Origin: a virus
Virus record (IMG/VR): IMGVR_UViG_3300034684_000299
Span: 64,001 to 128,000 of that record
DNA length: 64,000 bases
Reading direction: 5' to 3' (one strand)
The position numbers and the translations under genes are program-made. The notes under the pieces were generated by a model. That model had not been told where the DNA came from, searched no databases, and worked only from the letters and a program-made list of their open reading frames with translations. Positions 56,133 to 64,000 of this stretch are shown here, one piece after another (position 1 is the stretch's first letter; every line of letters begins with the position of its first letter).

Positions 56133-56426
56133 ATGAGAAAAGAAGTCTTTGAAGGTTTAGAGATTTTGACAAAAGAAGCAAATTTTGGAAAATTACAATC
56201 AAAAGAGGTTTATTTTATAGTAAAAAGTGCTTTGGAAGAAGCAATATACCAAAGCACTAAAAAAAAAATACAAGTTGGAGACGATTTGGAAATACCAGAG
56301 GATTGTAGAAGCTATGTGATTAAGGAACAATTTCAAAGAATTCTCAGAAAAAAGTTAGAGAAGAAAGATCCGAGGATGGTATTAGTATCCATAGAAGGAG
56401 GAGATAAATATGGAAGAGGAAAATAA
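56133..56426 (+). CDS. Hypothetical protein
   Basis: 97 aa, AGGAGG SD. Confidence 0.6.
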   Translation: MRKEVFEGLEILTKEANFGKLQSKEVYFIVKSALEEAIYQSTKKKIQVGDDLEIPEDCRSYVIKEQFQRILRKKLEKKDPRMVLVSIEGGDKYGRGK

Positions 56427-56550
56427 GGAACTTGAACAAGAAATACAAGAGATTTGGAAAAAGATGGCAAATTTGAGTTTAGAAGTTGCCAGCATAAAAG
56501 CTGATATAAAGTTATTGTTTGAAAAAGTTTTAGAAGACGAGCCTGATTAA
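56410..56550 (+). CDS. 46-aa coiled-coil peptide
   Basis: Manual call; AAGGAGG SD. Confidence 0.55.
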   Translation: MEEENKELEQEIQEIWKKMANLSLEVASIKADIKLLFEKVLEDEPD

Positions 56551-56627
56551 CCTCCTAATCTTCTGCACCAAAGTAAACAAAATTGTTCACTTTGGTGTAT
56601 AAAAATGAGAAGAAAGGAGGTGACATT

Positions 56628-56744
56628 ATGGCTAAAAGTAGTAAAAACGAAATTAAAGTCGCTTCCCATGATTTTTTGACTCCAATCATGGAAGTGATAG
56701 AAGAATCGTTCGAAAATTCGAAACCGAATTCAAATAAAAAATAA
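56628..56744 (+). CDS. 38-aa peptide
   Basis: Manual call; AAGGAGGTG SD; followed by a terminator (GGAGGCG/CGCCTCC plus T run). Confidence 0.55.
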   Translation: MAKSSKNEIKVASHDFLTPIMEVIEESFENSKPNSNKK

Positions 56745-56813
56745 TCCCATGACATATCAGGAGGCGTAAATCTCGCCTCCTTTTTTTTTACTTTTCTAAT
56801 AAAAAAAGATTTT

Positions 56814-56829
56814 TTTTGGTATATATTAT
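56814..56829 (+). promoter_or_regulatory. Repeated TTTTGGTATATAT promoter motif
   Basis: Upstream of the 56876 gene. Confidence 0.65.
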
Positions 56830-56875
56830 TTGTTATCATAAAGAAGAGTTCTTACTCAAACAAGGAGGGGAAAAT

Positions 56876-57124
56876 ATGGTATTAGAAATTTATGCATTAA
56901 TAGCTATTTTAACAGCAACAGTAATGTACACCATGTTGGATGTTGTCCCTAAATTTAGGCACCACAAAACATTTTTTCAAGCCTTAAAAGAAGGTATTGA
57001 AAAAGAAAGACCAGATGTTGGAAAAGTTAAAATCTATTTCATATATTTAGGGACTATAGCAATTTTCAGTTTGGTGTGGTTTGTAACAATCCCAGCTAGT
57101 ATAATCAAAATATTAAAAAACTAA
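56876..57124 (+). CDS. Two-TM membrane protein
   Basis: ATG after AAGGAGG; two hydrophobic helices. Confidence 0.6.
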   Translation: MVLEIYALIAILTATVMYTMLDVVPKFRHHKTFFQALKEGIEKERPDVGKVKIYFIYLGTIAIFSLVWFVTIPASIIKILKN

Positions 57125-57139
57125 AAAGGAGGATTATTT

Positions 57140-58294
57140 GTGGGAAAAACTCTAAAATATTTTTATGTTCCAGTGATTCAAAATGCGATTCAATTTGCTG
57201 ATGAAACGTTTGATGTCCTTATTACAGGTTTGGACATTATCCCATTTTATAAAGAGCAAAATTATGATCAGGAAACACGATTAAAAATATCGAGAGTTCT
57301 AACAATGTTTAATTTAATAGAGTTAATAAACGACGAAGAACTAAAAGACTCTCTAATTCAAATGAAGGTTGATGAATTCTATCAACTTTTGCTTGACTAT
57401 GTTTTACGAGGTGATGAGAAAATATTTGAAGTTAAGCAATTACGAGAGTTTAAGGAATGGTACGACAAACAAAACATAAAATACCAAATATTTGATGTAG
57501 AAGATGACACATATGATTCAAAAGGAATAGAAATATGGAAATTAGAAGATATGGTAGATATGTATGAAATCTTTACTAAACCCCAAAAGAAAAATCAAAG
57601 CTTTAATGTGAAATTGATTTTGACACCCGATAGAACATATCCATATCTAAAAGAAGGTGCAAAAAGATTTTTGATTATATCAAAAGATTATGGAGGAGTA
57701 TCAATACAATCAAAATGTATTATATATTATTTGCTGGGTGAGAATCAATTGTTGAATGCAACAGTAGAATTAGAAGTGGATTATAAACCGTCGGAAGTTT
57801 ATCTGAAGTTTGATGTAGATGGTAGAGAAGAAAGCATGTTATGGAAGGAATACGATAATAGAGTTATGTATGCAAGAAATAATTACACTATAGATCTGAC
57901 TAATTATTTACCAGAAAAATTTTTAAAAGAAAATTATCAAATTATTGTTGATGAGATGAAGAAATTAAGAGAAAAATATCCATATTTCAACACAATACTA
58001 AATTATGATTACAACCATATTGGTATAGAAAAAGGTGAATTTATAGTTTATGATAAAGTAATTGTAAAAATAACTCAAAAATTAATTAATGAGATAATGA
58101 AAGTAAGAGGTATGTTTACGATTAGAAACAGTGACTTTTATAATGATTTTGTAAAAGCTATTGGGCATGAATTAGTTAGAGGCACAATAGATGACGAGAT
58201 AAGAATAGAAAAATTAATATTGAATCAAGATTTTGTGAATTTTTCAAAAGATTTATATATGATTTTGGTAAAACTATCTGAAAAGGAGGAATAA
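57140..58294 (+). CDS. Paralog family A member 1
   Basis: YVPVIQNAIQF...IPFYKEQ...LTMFNLIE, shared with 59109..60458. Confidence 0.7.
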   Translation: MGKTLKYFYVPVIQNAIQFADETFDVLITGLDIIPFYKEQNYDQETRLKISRVLTMFNLIELINDEELKDSLIQMKVDEFYQLLLDYVLRGDEKIFEVKQLREFKEWYDKQNIKYQIFDVEDDTYDSKGIEIWKLEDMVDMYEIFTKPQKKNQSFNVKLILTPDRTYPYLKEGAKRFLIISKDYGGVSIQSKCIIYYLLGENQLLNATVELEVDYKPSEVYLKFDVDGREESMLWKEYDNRVMYARNNYTIDLTNYLPEKFLKENYQIIVDEMKKLREKYPYFNTILNYDYNHIGIEKGEFIVYDKVIVKITQKLINEIMKVRGMFTIRNSDFYNDFVKAIGHELVRGTIDDEIRIEKLILNQDFVNFSKDLYMILVKLSEKEE

Positions 58295-58295
58295 A

Positions 58296-59096
58296 ATGAA
58301 AATTCCTTGGAGTGATATGAATATTCCCAAAAGGGTTATCTTTGTAGATGCAAATGTTATTGATAGGTTTCCAGTATTTTGGAAACTAGTGAAAGATAAA
58401 TTAAAAAAAGAAAAAGTTAGAGGAACAATGGAAAAGATTTTATTGCAGAATATAGCATCGATAGGATTGTTTGAAAAAGAAAAATTATTATTTAAATTCC
58501 AAGACGATGGATATTATGAGCGAATCAAGAATTATCATTTGAATTATAGATATACTATTAATATCCCTAATTTTATGAATAAAGAAGATGCAGATGATAT
58601 AAATTACAAAACCTTGAATGATAAATATTACAAATTGAAAGTAGGCAGTATTTATCGAGTATTACAAGGAAAAACAGCAGAGCAATTGTTGAGTTTTTTC
58701 ATGAGATTAAACAAAAAGACGGAGAATTTGTACACATTATTGAATATGGGAATAGCGGATAAAATTATGAATTCGGAGTTCAACAAATATTTAGATGAAA
58801 ATGATTTGAAAAAATATTTGGAGTTTAGTGATTTTACAGCGTATTTCCCAACAATAGATTTTATAGATTACAATGATTTCGATGAAAATGGGAAAATCAT
58901 CTATTATCCATACGAAGAATTCTATAACCTCATGGTTGAATTAGAGAATAAGTCTTATTCAGCCAATGAGGATTTTAAAGACAGAGTAAAAAGATATAGA
59001 TATATGGAAGAATTAATTTTAGATTTAGAAAAACAAATAAAAGTTATATTGGAAAATGTACCAGATAAATATATCATTGATTTATCAAAAATATAA
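58296..59096 (+). CDS. Paralog family B member
   Basis: MKIPWSDMNIPKR...RFPVFWKL; YIIDLSKI. Confidence 0.7.
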   Translation: MKIPWSDMNIPKRVIFVDANVIDRFPVFWKLVKDKLKKEKVRGTMEKILLQNIASIGLFEKEKLLFKFQDDGYYERIKNYHLNYRYTINIPNFMNKEDADDINYKTLNDKYYKLKVGSIYRVLQGKTAEQLLSFFMRLNKKTENLYTLLNMGIADKIMNSEFNKYLDENDLKKYLEFSDFTAYFPTIDFIDYNDFDENGKIIYYPYEEFYNLMVELENKSYSANEDFKDRVKRYRYMEELILDLEKQIKVILENVPDKYIIDLSKI

Positions 59097-59108
59097 GGAG
59101 GGGCTAAC

Positions 59109-60458
59109 ATGGATGAGAAATTATTTGAAGTGAATAATAGTGTAGAAAGAACATTGCGATGGGTGTATGTGCCTATTATAAAAAATGCTTTTGAGTTTGA
59201 TAATGAAAGATTTGACGTTATGCTTGAAAATTATGTGGATTATATTCCTTTTTATGAAGAACAAAAGTTTGATGAAGATAATAGATATAAAGTAGCAAAA
59301 CTCTTAAATATGTTTAATTTAGCTGAATATTTTGGTGTGATTGACGATTATGATATTGAAGATCTGGACAAAGAAGAGTTATACCTTCTTATAAACCAAG
59401 AAGCGAGGAGTAATACAAAAGAATATACTTCCACTAATCTTATTAAAAATAAAATATTCGAGGACTTTGTAGAATGGTATAACAAACAAAACATTGATTT
59501 TATCCAATTAGATATGAAAGATAAGGAATATACAATAACAGGTTGGAATTTTTCAGAATACGTTAATACAGAACAAATATTCAAAGATGAAGATCAATGG
59601 AAATTTGATGTTAAACCCTGGCTAATTTTAAAACCAAATCATGACTATTCTTATTTAAAAGATGATGCTATTGAACACTTTAATTTATATTATGAACTAG
59701 CCAATTATGATATAACGGTTTCTTCCGTTATTCTTAAATATTATTTGTTAGGAGTACATCAAATGTTCAATTCATTAGCTGAAGTTGATGGGAAAGATTT
59801 TAAACCTTCTTGGGATTTTGATATAGAATTCGAAGTGGACGGGGAAAAGCAAAAGCTTCATTGGGAACCATATAGAGACACAAACGCTCCTGACAATTAT
59901 TGTATAAATGTAAAAGGATTGTATTTAGACCTTGTGGCACCATACGACGATTTAGACAATGAATATGGTGAAGTTGATTATGAATATATAAATAACTTAT
60001 ACAACAAAATTATAGAAGACCATATAAGATCTTTGGAAGGAGATTTTGATTTTCATCCATTGGTTCTAGGCAGAAGTGGTGGATATTTCGGATTTCAAAA
60101 AGAAGATTTTAAGATCTTTGATACCATTATTATTAAAGTAAATAACGAATTAATTGAAGAAGTAATCTCAGGTGGAGCTAACTTTTCAATTCAAGATTTT
60201 AGAGGAAGTTTTCTAAAAGAAATAGAAGATATGGTATCTGACATGTTTGCTTCAAACACTGATGTAGAAATGATTGAAATAGAAGATTTTGAATTTGATG
60301 ATGAATTCATTGAATTCAATCAATCTGTATACAAAGCTATAAAAGCATTAAGTTCTGGTCCAGAGTTGAGAAACTGGGAAGAATATGAGTTTTGGTTGGA
60401 GAATGATTATGATAATTCCAAGTTGGAGGAGTTTAGAAAAAAGAAACTTTCAGAATAA
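59109..60458 (+). CDS. Paralog family A member 2
   Basis: YVPIIKNAFEF...IPFYEEQ...LNMFNLAE; highly acidic. Confidence 0.7.
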   Translation: MDEKLFEVNNSVERTLRWVYVPIIKNAFEFDNERFDVMLENYVDYIPFYEEQKFDEDNRYKVAKLLNMFNLAEYFGVIDDYDIEDLDKEELYLLINQEARSNTKEYTSTNLIKNKIFEDFVEWYNKQNIDFIQLDMKDKEYTITGWNFSEYVNTEQIFKDEDQWKFDVKPWLILKPNHDYSYLKDDAIEHFNLYYELANYDITVSSVILKYYLLGVHQMFNSLAEVDGKDFKPSWDFDIEFEVDGEKQKLHWEPYRDTNAPDNYCINVKGLYLDLVAPYDDLDNEYGEVDYEYINNLYNKIIEDHIRSLEGDFDFHPLVLGRSGGYFGFQKEDFKIFDTIIIKVNNELIEEVISGGANFSIQDFRGSFLKEIEDMVSDMFASNTDVEMIEIEDFEFDDEFIEFNQSVYKAIKALSSGPELRNWEEYEFWLENDYDNSKLEEFRKKKLSE

Positions 60459-60497
60459 AGAGGCTATATGCCTCTTTTTTTTCTAAAAAGCAAAGTT

Positions 60498-60513
60498 TTT
60501 TGGTATATATCAA
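60498..60513 (+). promoter_or_regulatory. Repeated TTTTGGTATATAT promoter motif
   Basis: Follows a terminator hairpin; upstream of the family B trio. Confidence 0.6.
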
Positions 60514-60538
60514 TTATATTTGATAAGGAGGTGTTTCT

Positions 60539-61303
60539 ATGCAAATACCATGGCAAGATATCAAAGTTCCAAAAAGATATATTACAGTTAACAAAAAAAT
60601 GACTGAGAAATTTCCTATATTATGGAAGTTATTTGAATATGGAGCTGATGATATTATAGCGGCACAAAAACGATTCAACAAATTATTAATAAAAAATATT
60701 TTTGAAATAGGATTAACTGAAGATATGAAATTAGAATTTAATTTTAGAGTTGGAGAAGATTTTCTACCACAAAAACTTATGTATTTTGTTAAACCAATAT
60801 TGAGAAAAAAACCCCTTAAGGATTTCATTGGTGGAAAATATACTTTAAATACTGTAAAACCAGAAGATGAAGCAAATGTATTTGAATTTTTTCAAAAATT
60901 AAATAGCAAAATTGGTACTAGATATCAACCTTATCAGAATCAAATAAATGAAATAGTTCAAAATTCTGAATTAGCCAAATTTCTAAAACAATTTCCGAAT
61001 ATTATAAGAATGTATAAATTACAACACAGCGAAATCATTAAATATGCTCCTGAGATTGAATTTGTTCAAGATGAGGATTTTTATAGTAATAGTAGAATTT
61101 TGAGATTTTATTTTACAGGTTCCATTAATATCCTTAGTGGCGAAATTAGACATGAGTTGGATGAAAATAAAGACCTTAACGATAGTGAAAGAGAGAAGTA
61201 TAAAGAACAAGTAAGCAATTGGTGTGATGAAATGGAACGAAAAATAACAAAATTGTTGGAAAATATAAAAGAAAGTGATATATTAGATTTATCTGAACTT
61301 TAA
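60539..61303 (+). CDS. Paralog family B member
   Basis: MQIPWQDIKVPKRYI...KFPILWKLF; ILDLSEL. Confidence 0.7.
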   Translation: MQIPWQDIKVPKRYITVNKKMTEKFPILWKLFEYGADDIIAAQKRFNKLLIKNIFEIGLTEDMKLEFNFRVGEDFLPQKLMYFVKPILRKKPLKDFIGGKYTLNTVKPEDEANVFEFFQKLNSKIGTRYQPYQNQINEIVQNSELAKFLKQFPNIIRMYKLQHSEIIKYAPEIEFVQDEDFYSNSRILRFYFTGSINILSGEIRHELDENKDLNDSEREKYKEQVSNWCDEMERKITKLLENIKESDILDLSEL

Positions 61304-61329
61304 AACAACTGATAAAAAGGAGGAATATT

Positions 61330-62094
61330 ATGCGAATACCTTGGAGAGATATCAAAATACCAAAAAGATATATAAGAATAGATTATAAAACTATCAAGAA
61401 ATTTCCTGTATTTTGGAAGTTGTTTGCGGATCAAGCTTATGATATATTTCTTGATAAAAGAATAATAAACAAATTAATGATGAAAAATTTATTGGAAACT
61501 GGTCCAAATGAAAATACAAAGTTAGATTTTGCTTTCAAAATAGATGAAGGTATTACTCCAATAAGACTTGAATTTGAAATGCGTTTACATCCAGAAGATT
61601 TAAATTTTCCTTATGTGGATTCACTTCTAGATATTCAAGGAGTTATTTATGATCCTGACGATGAAATGGAATTGTTTGAATTTTTTAAAAAATTGAACAG
61701 CAAAATTAATTCAATGCATCCTTCTTACATTGATAAGATAAATGATATATTAAAAAATTCAAAGTTGCAACATTTTATCAAACAAGACGAGAAAATAAAT
61801 AAACTTCCTGAATTTCAGGATGAAGATTTAACAAAATTTGCTCCAAAAATAGAATTTATACAGAAAGGGGATTTTGATGAAAACGGAGAAATGACTTTTT
61901 ATGCAACGGATTCAATTAATTTACTTAGTGCCAAAATAAGAGGAAGATTCATAAACAATTCTAGTTTTTCTAAAGAAGAAGAAGAAAAATATACAGATAT
62001 AGTTAAAGAAGGATTCGAAGATATAGAGGAACAAATAAAGGAAATGTTGGAGAAAATAGATGAAAAAGATATGATAGATTTATCTGAACTTTGA
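61330..62094 (+). CDS. Paralog family B member
   Basis: MRIPWRDIKIPKRYI...KFPVFWKLF; MIDLSEL. Confidence 0.7.
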   Translation: MRIPWRDIKIPKRYIRIDYKTIKKFPVFWKLFADQAYDIFLDKRIINKLMMKNLLETGPNENTKLDFAFKIDEGITPIRLEFEMRLHPEDLNFPYVDSLLDIQGVIYDPDDEMELFEFFKKLNSKINSMHPSYIDKINDILKNSKLQHFIKQDEKINKLPEFQDEDLTKFAPKIEFIQKGDFDENGEMTFYATDSINLLSAKIRGRFINNSSFSKEEEEKYTDIVKEGFEDIEEQIKEMLEKIDEKDMIDLSEL

Positions 62095-62122
62095 AAAAAA
62101 GTTAATAAAAAGGAGAGATATT

Positions 62123-62893
62123 ATGTCAGTTTTGTGGGGAAATGTAAGAGTACCTAAACGGTATATAAGAATAAATCATCAAACCATCAAAAAGTTTCCT
62201 ATATTTTGGGAATTGTTTCTGAGCTATATAGACGATACATTCCAGAACCAAAACAGACAAAATCAAATATTGCTCAGAAATATGATGGAAATAGGTTTGA
62301 CAAAGGAAACCAATTTAGACGTTATGTTTGAAAAAGATTCAGAAACCTTTTCTTCGAGAGAATTATTTCCAGAGTCAATTAGATATGGAATAGAACCAAT
62401 AAATGCAAACATACCTTTTGAAGATTTGCCCATCCATACTATGAAATATATGATTGACCACAGAAAAGAGCTAGCTATTCTTGATTTCTTAGAAAAATTA
62501 AGTAGAAAAATTGATTCAATAAATGCTATATATCCATCAAAGATACAAGGTGTTATATGGAATTCAAATTTGTATAGTATTTTGTCAAAAGTTCCAGAGG
62601 ACAATTATGAATTGCAAGAAGAAGATATAATGAGATATGCACCTGAAATAGAGTTTATTCAGATTGATGATTTTGATGAAGAAGGAAATTTAATATTTAG
62701 TTTTAGGAATTTTATTGATGAATTTAATTTAAAATTAGACGAGTTTATAGAAAGAAATAATAAATTGACAGAATATGAGAAGAGCAATTATAGAATGCAA
62801 ATAAGAAAGGAATGTCTTAAGATTGAAAAAGAAATAAAACATATATTAGAAAGATTGGATAAAAATGAAATTATAGATTTATCACAATTGTAG
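62123..62893 (+). CDS. Paralog family B member
   Basis: MSVLWGNVRVPKRYI...KFPIFWELF; IIDLSQL. Confidence 0.7.
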   Translation: MSVLWGNVRVPKRYIRINHQTIKKFPIFWELFLSYIDDTFQNQNRQNQILLRNMMEIGLTKETNLDVMFEKDSETFSSRELFPESIRYGIEPINANIPFEDLPIHTMKYMIDHRKELAILDFLEKLSRKIDSINAIYPSKIQGVIWNSNLYSILSKVPEDNYELQEEDIMRYAPEIEFIQIDDFDEEGNLIFSFRNFIDEFNLKLDEFIERNNKLTEYEKSNYRMQIRKECLKIEKEIKHILERLDKNEIIDLSQL

Positions 62894-62908
62894 AAAGGAG
62901 GAAGAAAG

Positions 62909-63259
62909 ATGAAAAAGGAAGAATTTAAAAAAATAGTTGAAAAGAAAGCTGGAGATTTGCGATTTGTAAAAGTTGAAATAGAATTAGACAAGCTAAAGGA
63001 AATTGATAATGCAGAGTATCAACGATGGATTCAAAGAATTAGTGAGTTCAAACAGTTGGAAGATTCAGGAGAAGAGTTCAAGAAAAATGGAAAAGTTATG
63101 TATGAGTTTAATCTGAATGCTTCATCTATTGAGAGTTGTTTGACTTATTATCAGCGAATGATTCAAAGTGGTGGCATAAAATTTTGGAATTATTTGGATG
63201 ATGGAGAATTGGATATGTACGCACAAATTCTCAATCAAACAGAAAATTTATATAACTAA
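62909..63259 (+). CDS. Hypothetical protein
   Basis: 116 aa, AAGGAGG SD. Confidence 0.6.
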   Translation: MKKEEFKKIVEKKAGDLRFVKVEIELDKLKEIDNAEYQRWIQRISEFKQLEDSGEEFKKNGKVMYEFNLNASSIESCLTYYQRMIQSGGIKFWNYLDDGELDMYAQILNQTENLYN

Positions 63260-63271
63260 GGAGGAATTAGT

Positions 63272-64000
63272 ATGATGCAAGAATATCAGATTTTTGTGAA
63301 GGATGTAGAATATAAAGATTTAAAAGGTGATTTGTATGTAGGGAGTATTTTGGAAGGCGATTGGTTTGAAACTCCACAAGATACATTGGAGCAAAGAGCT
63401 ATTATGTTAATTCCAGAGTTGAAAGACAAAAAATTCGAGATTATAGTTGGAGAACCTATCTCATTGTTAGCAGAAAAGAATTTAAGAACCGACAAATTAT
63501 ATATAAGTATATACGAAACGAGTTACGATATGGAATACAAACCATATGATTCATTAATATATGCATTATATCATCCACATATTGAACTAATAAATAATGC
63601 AAATAAAAGTTATACTGAGTTTGATTCGTGGGAAAAGTATCGAAATTATTTAATCACAGAATATGACCCTCATGTTATATTCCCAGTAAAGTATCCTGGA
63701 GGTTCAGCTTTTGGATTGCAATTACAGAAAGAAATTCCAAATAAACATATGGTAGGTTTTATGCTTATGACAAAGGAGTTTGCAAGTGCAAACCTCATTT
63801 CACAATATGAAGCAAAAATAATCATAGAAGAAGCTTTAGAGGAATATAGCTATTATCTTTCAGATGAAGTATACAAAGTAGTTGCTTATGATCTACTCAA
63901 GCTGTATAAACATAATGAAATAGAGCCCATACTCGAAGAAGTTATCTTGGGATATGATAATGCATTAGCTTTTGTCGAAGAACTAAATGATGCTTTGCCA
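63272..64000 (+). CDS. Hypothetical protein (truncated by window edge)
   Basis: Manual call: ATG after AAGGAGG, open for 243 codons to the end (MMQEYQIFVKDVEYKDLKG...). Confidence 0.7.
   Translation, partial: MMQEYQIFVKDVEYKDLKGDLYVGSILEGDWFETPQDTLEQRAIMLIPELKDKKFEIIVGEPISLLAEKNLRTDKLYISIYETSYDMEYKPYDSLIYALYHPHIELINNANKSYTEFDSWEKYRNYLITEYDPHVIFPVKYPGGSAFGLQLQKEIPNKHMVGFMLMTKEFASANLISQYEAKIIIEEALEEYSYYLSDEVYKVVAYDLLKLYKHNEIEPILEEVILGYDNALAFVEELNDALP

Noticed and set aside
1-64000. Stop-codon reassignment as in some large phages
   Set aside because: Long genes are intact in code 11, and TAA, TAG and TGA all terminate tightly packed genes.

Overview
This window is a segment of a large, AT-rich contractile-tailed (myovirus-like) bacteriophage genome using the standard code. 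Protein assignments come from motif recognition, not database searches. 1-27.1 kb (minus strand) is the virion module: portal (runs off the window edge and is absent from the ORF track), two tail-tube paralogs, sheath, neck proteins, major capsid, prohead protease, internal head proteins dense in a hydrophobic-x-K-x-A motif, terminase large subunit and His-x-His-repeat fibre proteins. 27-51 kb carries MoxR/vWA, class II ribonucleotide reductase with a mini-intein, dTMP kinase, a lytic transglycosylase, HU, a metallophosphoesterase and an AEP primase-like gene. It also holds an IscB element, a tnpA-tnpB IS200/IS605 element and one of two 253-bp non-autonomous IS200/605-type elements that appear to carry only a promoter plus a TnpB-type guide RNA (the second is at 52.5 kb). 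51-56 kb is a cassette-like island: a likely AcrIII-1 ring nuclease, a tandem-pseudoknot RNA, a 73-nt tmRNA reduced to its tRNA-like domain, three Y RNA-like genes, tRNA-Asn and Ro60. 57-64 kb holds expanded paralog families of unknown function. The strongest novelty candidates are the mini-tmRNA with its neighbouring RNAs, the guide-only mobile elements and the KxA maturation motif. The host is unknown; Thermotogota or Firmicutes is a weak guess.
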